A stretch of 64,000 bases of DNA, from the IMG/VR virus record IMGVR_UViG_3300032093_000026. One strand, 5' to 3'. The position numbers and the translations under genes were made by a program. Numbering within the stretch: position 1 is the first letter of the stretch; each line of letters starts with the position of its first letter. This document shows, piece by piece, positions 47,901 to 58,000 of this stretch. The notes under the pieces were generated by a model that was given only the letters and a program-made list of their open reading frames with translations, was not told where the DNA came from and made no database searches. The stretch is from an uncultured virus (IMG/VR IMGVR_UViG_3300032093_000026). Taxonomy: Duplodnaviria; Heunggongvirae; Uroviricota; Caudoviricetes.

Positions 47901-49283
47901 AGATTTAACATCTTTAAGTTCAGCCATCTTACCTTCAACGCCAAATTTTTCATTAACTCTTTGAATAGCTAACTGAGCATTTTCTTCTACAAAACCTTCC
48001 ATCAAAGTACCTTTACCTAAAGCAGTAAGAAAAATTCCTGGTTTACTATTTAAAAGTTTACCTATACCTGTATTAGATAATTCATATGCTAATTCATCAC
48101 CTAACCTAGTACCTCCCATTAAACCTTTTGAAATAGGTTTAGTAGCAGCTTTACCCCACATGCTATTCAGCAACTTTAATTCCCATAAATTTGTCGCAGA
48201 TAGTATAGCCGCATTTGCCATGAATGTTTCTTTCATGTGACTAGCAGCTATTAACTTTTTTTCTTCTTTTGTATAAGGTAATCCAGTGTTTGGGTTAATT
48301 CTTAAAAAACCTCTTTCATCTGTAGTTAAACCTTTTTCAATATTTTTACCTACTTCAGTGGTTTCAAACATAGATTCACCACCTACAGAAAGAGCCCATT
48401 GTGAAACTCTATCTAAACGATTAGCCCAAATAGATTGTGCCTTTGTTAAATAATTTTGTACAGACGCTGCTCCTTCAATTGCATTATTAGCTGCACCTGC
48501 CCCTAATTTATAACCTGATAAACCTCTTGCTATTTTTTCTCCAACACCTAATCTAGAAAATGCCATACCAGGAGCAAAAGCTGACACCATAAAAGCAACA
48601 CCATCTGTAAAATCATTTGTCCAAAAATTTAAATCATGTGTTGCTCTCCACCAAAAGCCTGCACCTTGTGCTTCAGCTTTTTCATACACAGGAAGCCAAT
48701 CATTTTTTAGTTGTTCATCTAAATGACCAAAAACTTGAGCCATTGCATTTTGAGATGCATTTTGGATGTAATTATCTCCCCAGTTAGTTGGGTCTATCAG
48801 CCCTAAAAGAAAACCTGTATTTTGACCTATTTTAAATCCAGTAGACAAAGGAAGTCTAAGTAAACCTTTACCTAAATTAGCCCATACACTTTCATTTTGA
48901 GCCATCCAATCTTCATTATTTCTATCATATTGAAAGTTAGGACCTATTCTTTTACCTGGCTCAAAACCACTATCATCATATCTACGTACTTCTGATAATG
49001 GTGTTTTAAAAGGTTCTGTACTAATACCAGATCTTGCAAATTGATCTGTGCGTTCTACGTATTGTCTTGCAGCAACAAAAGCAGCACTCATATTAATAGT
49101 GGTACTATCTGTAGTGAGATCAGGAATTTTACCAAACTTACTCTCACTAGTTAATGCTTCAAGATTTAGTATTCTTTTAGAAGAATCATCAAATTTGTCT
49201 AAATTTGATAAATCGTCAAGTGTTAAATCAAGATTTAAATCTTTAACCGATGTATTTGATACATAGTCGTTAAATGCTGACAT
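41955..49283 (-). CDS. Giant cargo protein (2442 aa) with hydrophobic segments, zincin domain and helical repeats
   Basis: Gly-rich hydrophobic N-terminal segments; HEIIH...QEFLAEAYSNPEFQ; DAELAA repeats. Confidence 0.75.
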   Translation of the reverse strand: MSAFNDYVSNTSVKDLNLDLTLDDLSNLDKFDDSSKRILNLEALTSESKFGKIPDLTTDSTTINMSAAFVAARQYVERTDQFARSGISTEPFKTPLSEVRRYDDSGFEPGKRIGPNFQYDRNNEDWMAQNESVWANLGKGLLRLPLSTGFKIGQNTGFLLGLIDPTNWGDNYIQNASQNAMAQVFGHLDEQLKNDWLPVYEKAEAQGAGFWWRATHDLNFWTNDFTDGVAFMVSAFAPGMAFSRLGVGEKIARGLSGYKLGAGAANNAIEGAASVQNYLTKAQSIWANRLDRVSQWALSVGGESMFETTEVGKNIEKGLTTDERGFLRINPNTGLPYTKEEKKLIAASHMKETFMANAAILSATNLWELKLLNSMWGKAATKPISKGLMGGTRLGDELAYELSNTGIGKLLNSKPGIFLTALGKGTLMEGFVEENAQLAIQRVNEKFGVEGKMAELKDVKSLANQYWNQTLNAVTGKDPEASISIGLGGILGGGMSVYSELKQAKRNDEFTKAAVKFYNEAQQNWLKFGNIFETKMVTTKDKDGNEVSEEQIILDEKGKPTINQSKLFNVANNFNNVNSAIEAANTVENKFHRDLLRDSAFAQFVNAHIQLGLENTLLGKLDAVGRTDAGELAKLGFTPDETTPQQIEKYKNLTKQMIAQNKILNDDIIFKKDWRGRMLPEEEARKNKMTELATRLAIYRNLVNETTADNNEFKNEMLNQIAKEDIGLSDDLADQLNDLQLRIDSQKDYIEGMEISDKKPIEKALAKTVLNELQKELDTLKKDNPEALKTIKKGPDGLYQYEKANRNQVQNVILRNKLYSRQQRSSQLQNQIRQLGLEWAKYADTKNGAANFKEYIDNVIVKPFNEIADRAERGKSQRFTDEERKKRREERKGKKYEEGTSWVKKGTNATFLYRMKDDDRIAEDIMEYYDVQDGETVALKPMIQKMAANPYIDPYLRMALARLYDSIKDDAKVKFDRNQTIAPAFYTLGSNTITIDPDLHEGKMSFEGVMLHEIIHLLTSDELAYNSKFTRDIEKLYNYAKKTLEDRGIDTSYYGFTNIQEFLAEAYSNPEFQKELTSVPGLTGKKSLWVEFVDALSDFFKRVFNLELKPSVLDDIFYKVDEYLSDNIYTSAARLLKENGLTEEEIENYSKREIIDMAINEKLITDDLVVMRAKFLEEIEQEKKKEEEEKRRKELESQQQQGQQGQQQQQTETSGIDFTENYIFNGKKYDIAPLGDLILLNALDGTDDNIGFTEEEFLDNLKTGKLKRAKDVEGQEIPNTVEEYLQQQYNKVKASNDAADRETPPYEIWEKTSGKFERQRYERLKGGPKPKTEEYKIDDNVVFEDKEYTVAEITKTQDGRVVYHLKDLEGNPLVASDGVKRFVEASSLKKAEPKPDVEINYFDQIQVNNEFTDDQGNIYKIASVIPGKAVNYIVTNNAGETSFDKALIDDFLGKLENGTYKIRYSEFIEDDPSAVRDFVQNNRFDTTGLQSSRSDNNTANVTYQEGRRQTAPSNSLANTTDIAEFRVTGDVVTQVRTGVNTNYVFDIATGNFPEGSSLTYRVMTKDFPTVTNRITGDVYDAGNIFGPDGKVNPEMYDYAPIGVYATIEGKEKLIGTFHEPQWINHKIFNKYVNIVVPEDQLDMDLPTVVKEEVAKNQKFRKFILDNFNNDPSFEMNGIVEGKSIGILRNTTDPGVIKDRVNPKIADGGTDNRHGMFAIVKNGELQVDAGVVIDKVENTKSFTEEIDNQSGVSVLLLPTPRGTFFPTYVKLPKVSENKAKLIIEAWKAFVGETMNPKLVEGIYKALGMEMSEGKPDIGVLQRYVDQFITRLKKEQLSEIGNGSDVANGLARLNITAQGHLYLQVKTADGEWFNNDGKPIVLSSELPGNVISLMQNLLTTVKFTDPRNPNLVGINNTKKVPFVTIQNNEVKITPMTYNEYIMQNAMTYVEEGIPSKNKDGDWVYFANPVIKMSSNTDAIVVKPKEEEVVVGDTFEKPPVVTPAPTAPVSDIEKRRKEIEDFRTDAKEDIVVSVLGTKGQRWGTVIRVHKKENTNTFKQYKLTDFETKELLEKEIDKIYDAELAALTQPIAPVVSDKKAIVAAGIREQGTQVSVEVIGDSGKEFLLVIDRNSKGRVELFSEKKDWGDGTFTYRPGESEQASQEQKVKLYNKYVPESVRNLITEWQNSFTGSWAAPETEDGKRHRAIEAKLEKELAALEGAKPATASVSNVKANIEERRKAALKKYDDEGGMYDDDYGKQKRRINAQYDAELARELYKELKAGKIITSFSKEEQEILNDSTILTSEIKASVDAELAAAEVKPTVKQTKKSAKTQLRFAKVGDVLYDEKGNKYEVISKKDKYGRSLEYKKNDVEQGVINPKTVGPYDNPFAMEDLYYEKPEVSSEQAAVNPDDIFAQLDRIAIANQMTDEQVEKEKDKCNTKPKSKK

Positions 49284-49320
49284 TAGTTTTGCAATTTATT
49301 AGTATTTTAATTTACAGTTT

Positions 49321-51573
49321 TTATTTTTGTACTGGTGGATTCATTAATACTTGAAGTTCTTTAAAGGTGTAATTTTCACAAAGAAATTTAACAGTGCGAC
49401 CAAAGTCTTCAACTGACTTAAGTGGTTCAAACCCAGGACCACCTGATGTTATCATCTCTCCTTTATTATTTTTTAAATAGTATAAGTTTTCACCAGCTTT
49501 AACACCACTGAATTTTATATTATAACCATCTTTTGTTCTATCAAGGTATAAAAATTCTTCAGGTTGACCTTTATATACTTTAGATCCAATTCTATGTAGC
49601 AGTCTTCTTTGATCATAATCAAATCCATAAAAAGGATCAAACTTCTGTAAAGACTGAGCACCTGCGTTAAGAATTTTTACCTCACCTGTTTTATCATTAT
49701 ATTGATAATTACCTTTACCAACTCTAGCCTCAAGAGAAGCTTTTAATTGTGTTACACTAATTGTTGATTTGTTTGGATCTAATTGAACATTGAATGAAAC
49801 ATCTACACCGTTAGCTGTTGGACTAAAAATAAGCCCTCCTCCAATTTGTGAAGCATCAATACCACTCATAGTTGCAGCAGCACTAACTGCTTCAGCATAT
49901 CTTTTATCTGCTGGGTTCAAACCATACGATTGATATGTTGTCGCAACTTTTGTATAATTTGGATCTTGATATTTACCTAAATATGTATTATATGCAGTAT
50001 TAAGTTGATTATATAGTTGTGTTTCCTGATCAGTTAATTTCATCCCTTTATTAAGTCTTGTTTGTAAAATTGTCAATGCGTCAAATTGTTTACGACCCAT
50101 ATTATTTACAATAAAACTTTGAGCGTTTGTTTTAAAATTTTTCAAATTTTCTACACTTACATTATATAACGCTGATTTTTTTGTAAATTTTAAAACAAGC
50201 TCATCTTGTGGATGTTCTCTTACATATTTAGAAAATGCTTTTTGTGTTAAAACAGTTCCTGCAGGTAGTGATAATTTTATATGATTTTCTAATTCAGTTT
50301 GAGCAGTTGTTACCTCATTTACCATTCGATAAACATCATTTTTAGCACCTTGAAAGTTATTAAGTTCAGGTGTAGATGACCCACCTTTTATAGGTATATA
50401 TGGTAAACTACCTTCATTATTTTTAAGACCCAGTTTATATAATTCATGCTCCCAGTCTTCCTTACGATCTTCTAATTCCCAATTTCTTTTGGTGTACATT
50501 CTACTAGTTTCCTGTGCTTCTCTATAAAACATCATAGCAACTTGGTTAAAATCAACATCTTGTTCAACATCAAAATGAGCATAACCTTTAGCTAATCTTT
50601 GTATTTCTTCATTATAAAAAATACCAAAAGATAAATTTTCTGCATTTCTTCTTACAAACGTCATATCACCAGTTCCAGAAAAATTATTATCCATCTGGGT
50701 TTTCTGGTTAGCATAAGCATCTCTTTCTTTAATAAGCTGATCTTTTTTTGTAGGATCTTTTTCATTACGAATATCTACATCAAGTTCAAGTATTTTCATC
50801 TGTAAAGGTGCTTGAACAGGAGCTAATGCATCTGAATAAGCTTTACCTAATACATCTAAGTTATTACCATATTTTACAGCACCATCAATTCTCATTTGTG
50901 TTTTAGCCTGATCAGAAAGAACAGCATCTAAATAATTTGAGATTTCTCCTGGCAAATAACTTTTATCATCCACCTTTTCTACATAAAAACCATTTATTTT
51001 AACTGTTTTTGTATGAGACGGTTTAAATTCTTTCATACGTTCTGCCACCTCTTTCTTGTAATCATAATAAGGTGTATAGGATCTCTTCATACCATAATAT
51101 TCTTTCCAAGACTCTGGACCATCATTAGCAAAATAATTCTTTTGTTGATTTATATAATCAATATTATTTTGATGAAAAAATTTACCTCCCTCCTGTAGAC
51201 GGTAACTATTACCAATAGAGACCTGTCTGTTCCAATGCTCAGTTAATGACTGATCACCAACAACATCAAAGTTGTTGTAAAATGGAGCAAATACATTTTT
51301 AGCAGCATTAACATTTTGAACTTGAGACAAATCCATTTTAGACAAGTTCTTAAGATTATCTTTTGCTTGCTTTAAAAATTGCTCTTTTACTTTTGCATTA
51401 TATGGGTTAGTTGTTTCCCTATTAACAAAATTGTAAGTGGAGTTTATTTGTGCAAAGCCCTGGTCATACAATGCTTTTCTTCTCTGAAGCATTTTGTCCA
51501 TGAACGAAAAGTCAGGCGTAAATAACGCTGGTTCAGGAAAGACGTCAGTGACATTTGGTAAATAAGTAGCCAT
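49321..51573 (-). CDS. Virion cargo/structural protein (750 aa)
   Basis: Long ORF in the cargo operon, starting MATYLP...FTPDFS. Confidence 0.65.
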   Translation of the reverse strand: MATYLPNVTDVFPEPALFTPDFSFMDKMLQRRKALYDQGFAQINSTYNFVNRETTNPYNAKVKEQFLKQAKDNLKNLSKMDLSQVQNVNAAKNVFAPFYNNFDVVGDQSLTEHWNRQVSIGNSYRLQEGGKFFHQNNIDYINQQKNYFANDGPESWKEYYGMKRSYTPYYDYKKEVAERMKEFKPSHTKTVKINGFYVEKVDDKSYLPGEISNYLDAVLSDQAKTQMRIDGAVKYGNNLDVLGKAYSDALAPVQAPLQMKILELDVDIRNEKDPTKKDQLIKERDAYANQKTQMDNNFSGTGDMTFVRRNAENLSFGIFYNEEIQRLAKGYAHFDVEQDVDFNQVAMMFYREAQETSRMYTKRNWELEDRKEDWEHELYKLGLKNNEGSLPYIPIKGGSSTPELNNFQGAKNDVYRMVNEVTTAQTELENHIKLSLPAGTVLTQKAFSKYVREHPQDELVLKFTKKSALYNVSVENLKNFKTNAQSFIVNNMGRKQFDALTILQTRLNKGMKLTDQETQLYNQLNTAYNTYLGKYQDPNYTKVATTYQSYGLNPADKRYAEAVSAAATMSGIDASQIGGGLIFSPTANGVDVSFNVQLDPNKSTISVTQLKASLEARVGKGNYQYNDKTGEVKILNAGAQSLQKFDPFYGFDYDQRRLLHRIGSKVYKGQPEEFLYLDRTKDGYNIKFSGVKAGENLYYLKNNKGEMITSGGPGFEPLKSVEDFGRTVKFLCENYTFKELQVLMNPPVQK

Positions 51574-51603
51574 ATTATATATATAAGATAATTAAAAATA
51601 TTT

Positions 51604-51633
51604 AAAGTTTAAAATTAAACTTTTAAAGTTTAA
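51604..51633. repeat. Triple alternating inverted repeat
   Basis: AAAGTTTAA (51604), TTAAACTTT (51615), AAAGTTTAA (51625). Confidence 0.7.
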
Positions 51634-54600
51634 CCCATTAGACCTTGGTAATCTGATAGTATTTGTCTCCTTCTTGAATCTTTATCTTTTTTATCAGAAT
51701 TATTAATCATATTCCAAGCTTCTTCTTCAGCTTTTTTATCAGAAAGACCTCTTTCCATTAAGTCTCCTTTTAATTTAGAAAAACCTTCTAAAGTATAACT
51801 ACCTGAACTCGCACCAAAATCATCCCAATCTTGACCAGCATACTCATTGTAGTAGGATCTTCCTGTTAAAGGATCTACAGGATACATTTGGTTTACATTA
51901 TTTAGTAAGCCAAGATACATTCTATTTTTCCAAGCTTGTCCAAACGCTTTTGCATTTGTATTTAAATAAGCACGTCTTGCATTATCGTAGTTTTGATTTA
52001 ACAAGACATTCTTATCCCAAAGCTCTTGTGATCTTCCTATATTAGCTGCTGTATTTCTTTCTCTTCTTTGAGCTTCATTTTGAGCAAATTCTTTTGCAAT
52101 AGCAACATTTTTTGAATCTATTTCTGCAATATCACTAACTACACCTTCTGCTTGCTGAGCTTGCAAGTTAGCTAAATTTGCGCCAACAGCTGAACTTGGA
52201 GAATATGTATTTAATATTTCCCACATCTTATTCATTTGACTTTGTCTTTGATGGGCTCTTGCTTTCCAATCTTCTAAAACAAGATCAGCAGGTTCAAATG
52301 GTAATTGCTGAGACCATGGGAAATATTTTCTTGGTGGTACAGCAGCAGCTGCAGCCATTGTTACTAAATCAGGTGTCATATACTGAAATGGCATTTGAAT
52401 ATTTTTGCCATCAAATGTACCTGCTCCTTTATAACAAGCTTTCTGTGCTTCAGCATAAGATGAATATACAGTTAGACCTGTATGTGTTGCTGCATTATAA
52501 ACAGCAGGTCCTTGATCAGTACATACATATTGTTTTGCTTGAGTGTTTGTAGTGATAGCAGGAGGTTGATATTTAAATTGATCAAGATGTTCAAGACCAA
52601 TTTTCTTATCATCTTTCATTTCTTTTCTATAATCACTTGCTTCAAATGTTTTAGCAAAAGCAGGATAGAATACATTATTAAAAAAGTCAGGATCTGTATA
52701 TAGCTTTTTAACATCTTTTAATTGTTCATCTGTATATTTAGTATGATCAATTAAAAGATTCTTAAAGAATATTCTTCTTTTTTGAATATCACTCATACCC
52801 TTTAATGTATTTGGATCAGGATAGAGTGCTCTTAACACTTTATTCTCAAACATTTGTGGAGTTACACCACCAAAAAATCCAACTTTCTCATCTTGACCTT
52901 TTGCATCTTTTTGAACCCATGTAAGACCTTCTGTAGAGTTTTGCGTAATTTGATAACCTTTGATTGGTGTACCTTTATCATCTGTTTCATCATCATGTTG
53001 TAAACCAAAATAAGTAATTAACGCTGCTAATTCATTTGCTTCATCTTCTGTAAGATTTGATACATAATATTTACCACCTTCAGCTTTTGCTTTTTTAGCA
53101 AGAAGTTCTTGCATTTTTGCATATTTAGGATCTTTTAAGCTTGCTTTTTTATCAGGTGTTTTTGATTGATCATAGTAACCAGGAGCTTGTGTTGTAGTTG
53201 GATCAACAACAGTTAGACCACCTCTTATATACATACCCAATCTAGAAACAGATCCACCTCTACGCATTGGAGGTTCTTGACCCATTTGTTGTTCTTGAGA
53301 AGGTGCCATAGGTGCTTGTTGATTATCTTCTTGATTAACAACTTCTTTTGAAGGTCCTTCCATTTCTGCAAGTTCAGGCATAATGTTTTTAACAACATCA
53401 GGTATACCTTGTGGGAAACCTTTCATTTGTTCTTGTATCAAAGCAAGCTGAGCAAGTTTCTTTTGATATGTTTTAACCATTAATTGAGCTGTAGATTTTT
53501 TAAGCTCATCTGCATTTTTATCTTCAATTACTGCTTTATATTTATTTATATCATACTTTTTAGCAATCTCAGCTGGTGTGTATCCTTTTTTACTAGGAGG
53601 CATTCCAAACATCTTAAGAATCTTTTCATCTTTGATTCTTAATTTTTCTGTATCAGAAAATATAAAACTACCTTCTGGAACATTTAATGGTGTACCACCT
53701 TCAGTGTGTCTTTTACCACCAATAAGCATATGTTCCAAAGCACCATCACCATCTACATCACCAAAAATTGTTTCATCTTTTTCAGCTTCAATATTGGCTT
53801 TTGATCTAGGTACAGGTTTTAAAGTTTTAGACAATGTCTCGGATTTCTCAGGTGGCATGTCTGTATAAATTCTTTTTTGACCAAGATTCAATCCATAACC
53901 TAGCTGCCCACTGTACGTCATAGGTTGACCACCTGTAGCAAAAAACCAACCTTGTTTTTTATTACCAGGCTGTTGGGTCATACCATATGGATTATATTTT
54001 TTTCTATAATAATCCTCAAACATACCATACCCAGGTTTATTTATATTTCTCATTAAATCATATGCATTTAATAAATTTGTTCTAAGTCCTTCGTTAGGAT
54101 CTCTTGGTCTAAATTGTTCTAAATTTTTATTATACTCTTCTAATTGAGAAATATCATCTACGGAATTAATACCACCAAAATTCATTTGGTTTAAACCATC
54201 ATCAATAATTCTAATTTTTATTTTTTTCATATTACTAGTTATAGGTGTACCACCATGTTTAACTACATTACTTGGTTGAAAAATAGGATTTGTATACATA
54301 CCTTTACTTTTAAAACCTCGTTTGTCTGGTTTATATTCTCCTGTTAATCCAAAAACATCTCCTTTATCTGGCTCTTTAGCAGTTAAAGAATTATCAAGCA
54401 ATTTAGTTTCGGCCCACCATTTGTTAAATTTTTTTTGTTGCTTTCTATCTGTAAAATAATCTATAATAGGTTGTGCAATAAGTGCAGTACCTAATATATT
54501 TTTAGATGTTCTTTCCATCCATGTACCTGGCTTATCTTTTTTTTGCTTTTTTTGTTTAGGTTGTATATCTTGACATTCTCCTGTAACTAGATTTTTTTCT

Positions 54601-55007
54601 TTACCATCAGGGCAACCACCTATTGCTTGTTTAAAATCAGAGCCTGGTTTAGGAATTGTAAAGTTTCCATCAGCTTGTAAATTACCATCTACAAGTTTAG
54701 TTTTTGGAAGAGTTATTGTTTTATCTGGATCTGGAACACATTTACCTAATATAAAGTCATATTTATATGTAGGATCATCACATTGTGTTTGAGCAAAAAA
54801 TCCATTTTTATTTATACCAAATGGATTTTTGTTCTCTCCAGTTATTGTAAAAGGATCTTTTTTATTATATAATGAATAATCATTCTCTGGTAAACTAATT
54901 TTATCAGGAATACATTTATCACCAACAGGTATATAACCTGGATCACAATTAGGAGGGGTACCCCCTATAACCATTTTAGGCAAACCTGTTATTCTAATTC
55001 TAGGCAT
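51630..55007 (-). CDS. Virion cargo protein (1125 aa) with xxGG motifs
   Basis: NIEAEKDE...GKRHTEGGTPL..PEGSFIFSD domain, Cys-pair repeats and several [FMY]xxGG motifs. Confidence 0.7.
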   Translation of the reverse strand: MPRIRITGLPKMVIGGTPPNCDPGYIPVGDKCIPDKISLPENDYSLYNKKDPFTITGENKNPFGINKNGFFAQTQCDDPTYKYDFILGKCVPDPDKTITLPKTKLVDGNLQADGNFTIPKPGSDFKQAIGGCPDGKEKNLVTGECQDIQPKQKKQKKDKPGTWMERTSKNILGTALIAQPIIDYFTDRKQQKKFNKWWAETKLLDNSLTAKEPDKGDVFGLTGEYKPDKRGFKSKGMYTNPIFQPSNVVKHGGTPITSNMKKIKIRIIDDGLNQMNFGGINSVDDISQLEEYNKNLEQFRPRDPNEGLRTNLLNAYDLMRNINKPGYGMFEDYYRKKYNPYGMTQQPGNKKQGWFFATGGQPMTYSGQLGYGLNLGQKRIYTDMPPEKSETLSKTLKPVPRSKANIEAEKDETIFGDVDGDGALEHMLIGGKRHTEGGTPLNVPEGSFIFSDTEKLRIKDEKILKMFGMPPSKKGYTPAEIAKKYDINKYKAVIEDKNADELKKSTAQLMVKTYQKKLAQLALIQEQMKGFPQGIPDVVKNIMPELAEMEGPSKEVVNQEDNQQAPMAPSQEQQMGQEPPMRRGGSVSRLGMYIRGGLTVVDPTTTQAPGYYDQSKTPDKKASLKDPKYAKMQELLAKKAKAEGGKYYVSNLTEDEANELAALITYFGLQHDDETDDKGTPIKGYQITQNSTEGLTWVQKDAKGQDEKVGFFGGVTPQMFENKVLRALYPDPNTLKGMSDIQKRRIFFKNLLIDHTKYTDEQLKDVKKLYTDPDFFNNVFYPAFAKTFEASDYRKEMKDDKKIGLEHLDQFKYQPPAITTNTQAKQYVCTDQGPAVYNAATHTGLTVYSSYAEAQKACYKGAGTFDGKNIQMPFQYMTPDLVTMAAAAAVPPRKYFPWSQQLPFEPADLVLEDWKARAHQRQSQMNKMWEILNTYSPSSAVGANLANLQAQQAEGVVSDIAEIDSKNVAIAKEFAQNEAQRRERNTAANIGRSQELWDKNVLLNQNYDNARRAYLNTNAKAFGQAWKNRMYLGLLNNVNQMYPVDPLTGRSYYNEYAGQDWDDFGASSGSYTLEGFSKLKGDLMERGLSDKKAEEEAWNMINNSDKKDKDSRRRQILSDYQGLMG

Positions 55008-55017
55008 AATGTATAAT

Positions 55018-58000
55018 TTAAATTATTTCAAATTTAATTCCTTTTCTTCTAAGTTCTTTTAATTCTTCTTCTGTAACTTCCATTTCTTGACCAACCATTC
55101 CACCTTGAGCATACATGCCCCCACCATACATACCCATTGGCATTTGTTGAGGTGGAGCTTGTTGTTGAGGTTGTGCAGGTCCAGCACCTTGTTGTGATGC
55201 TTGTATCTGTTGCATAACCATTTCAACAGCTTGTTGTGCAAGTTCTTCAGGAACACCTTGTTGAACTAAGTTTTGCATAATTTGTTCAGGAGGCATTTGT
55301 TGTTGCATCATTTGTATAACCATTTGAACAACTTGTTGCATTTGTTCTTCAGATATTTGTGAAGCTTGTTCACCTTGTTGTGGTGGCATTCCTTGTTCAG
55401 GTGCTGCTGCACCTTGTTGTTGCATCATCATAGCTTCTTCAGGTGTCATACCACCTTCAGCATATACAAATCTACTTAATGGATTTACTGGTTGAAAAGG
55501 ATTATAAAATCCACCATCTTCAAAACCTTGATTACCATTCCATGTACCTGTATATGCACCACCATCTTCACTCATAGTCATTTCTGAATTTTCATAACAA
55601 TTACCCCCCCAACAGTCACCTTGACGCTTTATACCTCTTTGTATTTGTCTATCCATTTTTCTTTGCATGCGATTAAGTTTTCTATTACTTGGAAAGGGAT
55701 CATCACTTCTTCTTTCTTTTTTAGGTATTGGTTTAACATATTGATCAGGATACCAAGTATGTTCTCTTCCAAAAATATTATAAGTGTAAGGAGTTTGACC
55801 ATAAGGGTTTTGATTACTATATGCAACATCTTCAGGTATATTATGTCTTTTTCTAAACCATACTTCAGGATGTGCTAATGTAGCACCAACAGATCCTGCT
55901 AATGCTCTAAAAGGACTAACGGTTCCATCAGATCTTACACCTTTATTTACATACCCAAATAAATCATTATAAAAAGGTGTCATATGTTCTGTATAACCTT
56001 GACTAACTAAATCAGCTGCAGCTTTTTCTCTACCTTTTCTAACATTATATCCTGGAGGACATTTACAATCATATTCTGGGCAAAGACAATTATCTACCTG
56101 ACCTGCTGTTTCATAAACATCTCCACCATAAGCATAATTTACAGAATAATCAGAACCAAGTCCATATTTAGGTAAGTTAGCACCATAAGATATATCACCA
56201 TATTGTGGTATAAATGGTCCAGCTTCACCACCTTCTTCTTTTCTACGACCTTTTTTACCTTTATTTTTACCAGCTTGCTGTCTTTTTTGATAGTTAGCTG
56301 CATTCTCTCTTCTTTTCTGATCTTTCTTTTCTTGCTCTATTTGTTCTTTAGTTTTATTTTCAGTAGCTTGTTTTTCATTTTCTGCTCTTACTCTTTCTTC
56401 TTCTATTCTTTGTGCCTCTTGTTGATTATTAAAAACTTCAAACTGACCTGTAGCACCTTTTTGTTTTGCTTCAGCTATTAATTCAGCTACTGTTTTTTGA
56501 TTTTGAGCAACAGGTCCTTTACTTTTTTCTTTCGGTGTTGTTTCTGTAGATCCAGTTGTCTCAGTACCTGTTGTCTCTGCACCTGCTGTTTCTGCACCAC
56601 CTGTTTGTGTACTTGTTCCTGCGTCTGAAGTAAATAATGAAAGTCTATCTTTTCTGTCTTTAATAGCTCTTTCAACTATTTTTTGATTATTTTTGTTTAA
56701 GTTAGCACGTCTTTCATTTTCTGGAGTATTGTCCCATTTATCCCATATTTCTTTACGTTCTTTCATTTCCTCTTCAGTGAGAGGTATTTCATACTGATCA
56801 TTGTCAATTTCAAATTTTAGAGCATTAGTATCCCAGTTTGTAGTAAAATAATAGTTTTTGCCTGCATCACTCTCTAAAAAAGACAATTGTTTTTCTAATG
56901 TTTCTTTGTCTTTAGGTAATCTTAAGTTTTCCTGTTCTGCAGATGTAGAAGATGTTGGTGTTTCTGTACTTGTTGAAGAAGTAGGTGTTCCTTCGTTAAT
57001 AGGTACAATTTCAAAGTCTGATTCTGATTCATTAGTTGATGAAGATGATGCAGGACGTCTTCTTGTTTTATTCATTTCTTGCCATCTTTCTTTAGTAGGT
57101 ATATCCTTTAACATTTCTTTTGCTTCTTCAAGTGTAGCACCATTTTCCAAAAGACGATTGATATCATATTTACCACGTGTATAACCTCTAGCAAGCACTT
57201 CATTCATATATGCTGTCTGACTTGCTTTAAAATTTTTTAATTCAGCTTCAGATAATTTAGATCTATCTATTTCTCCAACATTACCCCATCTTCTTTGTAT
57301 AGGTACTTTAGACTTATTGTATCCATATCCTATTGCTTTGTTTCCTAGATATGCACCAAGTAGATATCCAGGACCTGTAACATACCATGGATAATCTGTT
57401 TTGTTTTGATCATTTAATATTATTTGTTCACCCTGATTAATTTGATTATCTGTAGGTATACCTATACTATCTTTTGTACCTTGAGTAGGCATTGGTATGT
57501 CTAAAGTATCTGAAAAAGGATTAACAATTACAGCATTACCCTGTTTAATTACTTTATTTGTCTCTTCATTACCAGCACCTGCAGTTGTATCAGGTTCAGC
57601 AATAACTTGATCCATTAACTGCTCCATACTCATTGTAGTAGTGTTTGTCAAAACAGAATTTAAATAATTATCATAACTCTGTTTAAATGCATCATAACTA
57701 GGATAGTTTTCTACATTAGGCAATGTTTCTAAACTTCCAGTACCAAACATTGGTACTTGCATACCAAGATCAGCTCTTGGCACTCTACCACCCCAAGCCA
57801 TCATACCTTGTTGCATTCCTGGCTGTTGCATACCTTGTTGTTGCATACCAGCTGGCTTCTTCATTTGCATTTGTCTCTGAAGCTGATTGTTAAATGCTGT
57901 AACAATACCAGGTGCTTGGTCATCAGGTATACCCATACCAATTAACTCTTCAACAATTTGAACATCAGTGAAACCTTGTTGTTTCATCTGCATCATAAAC

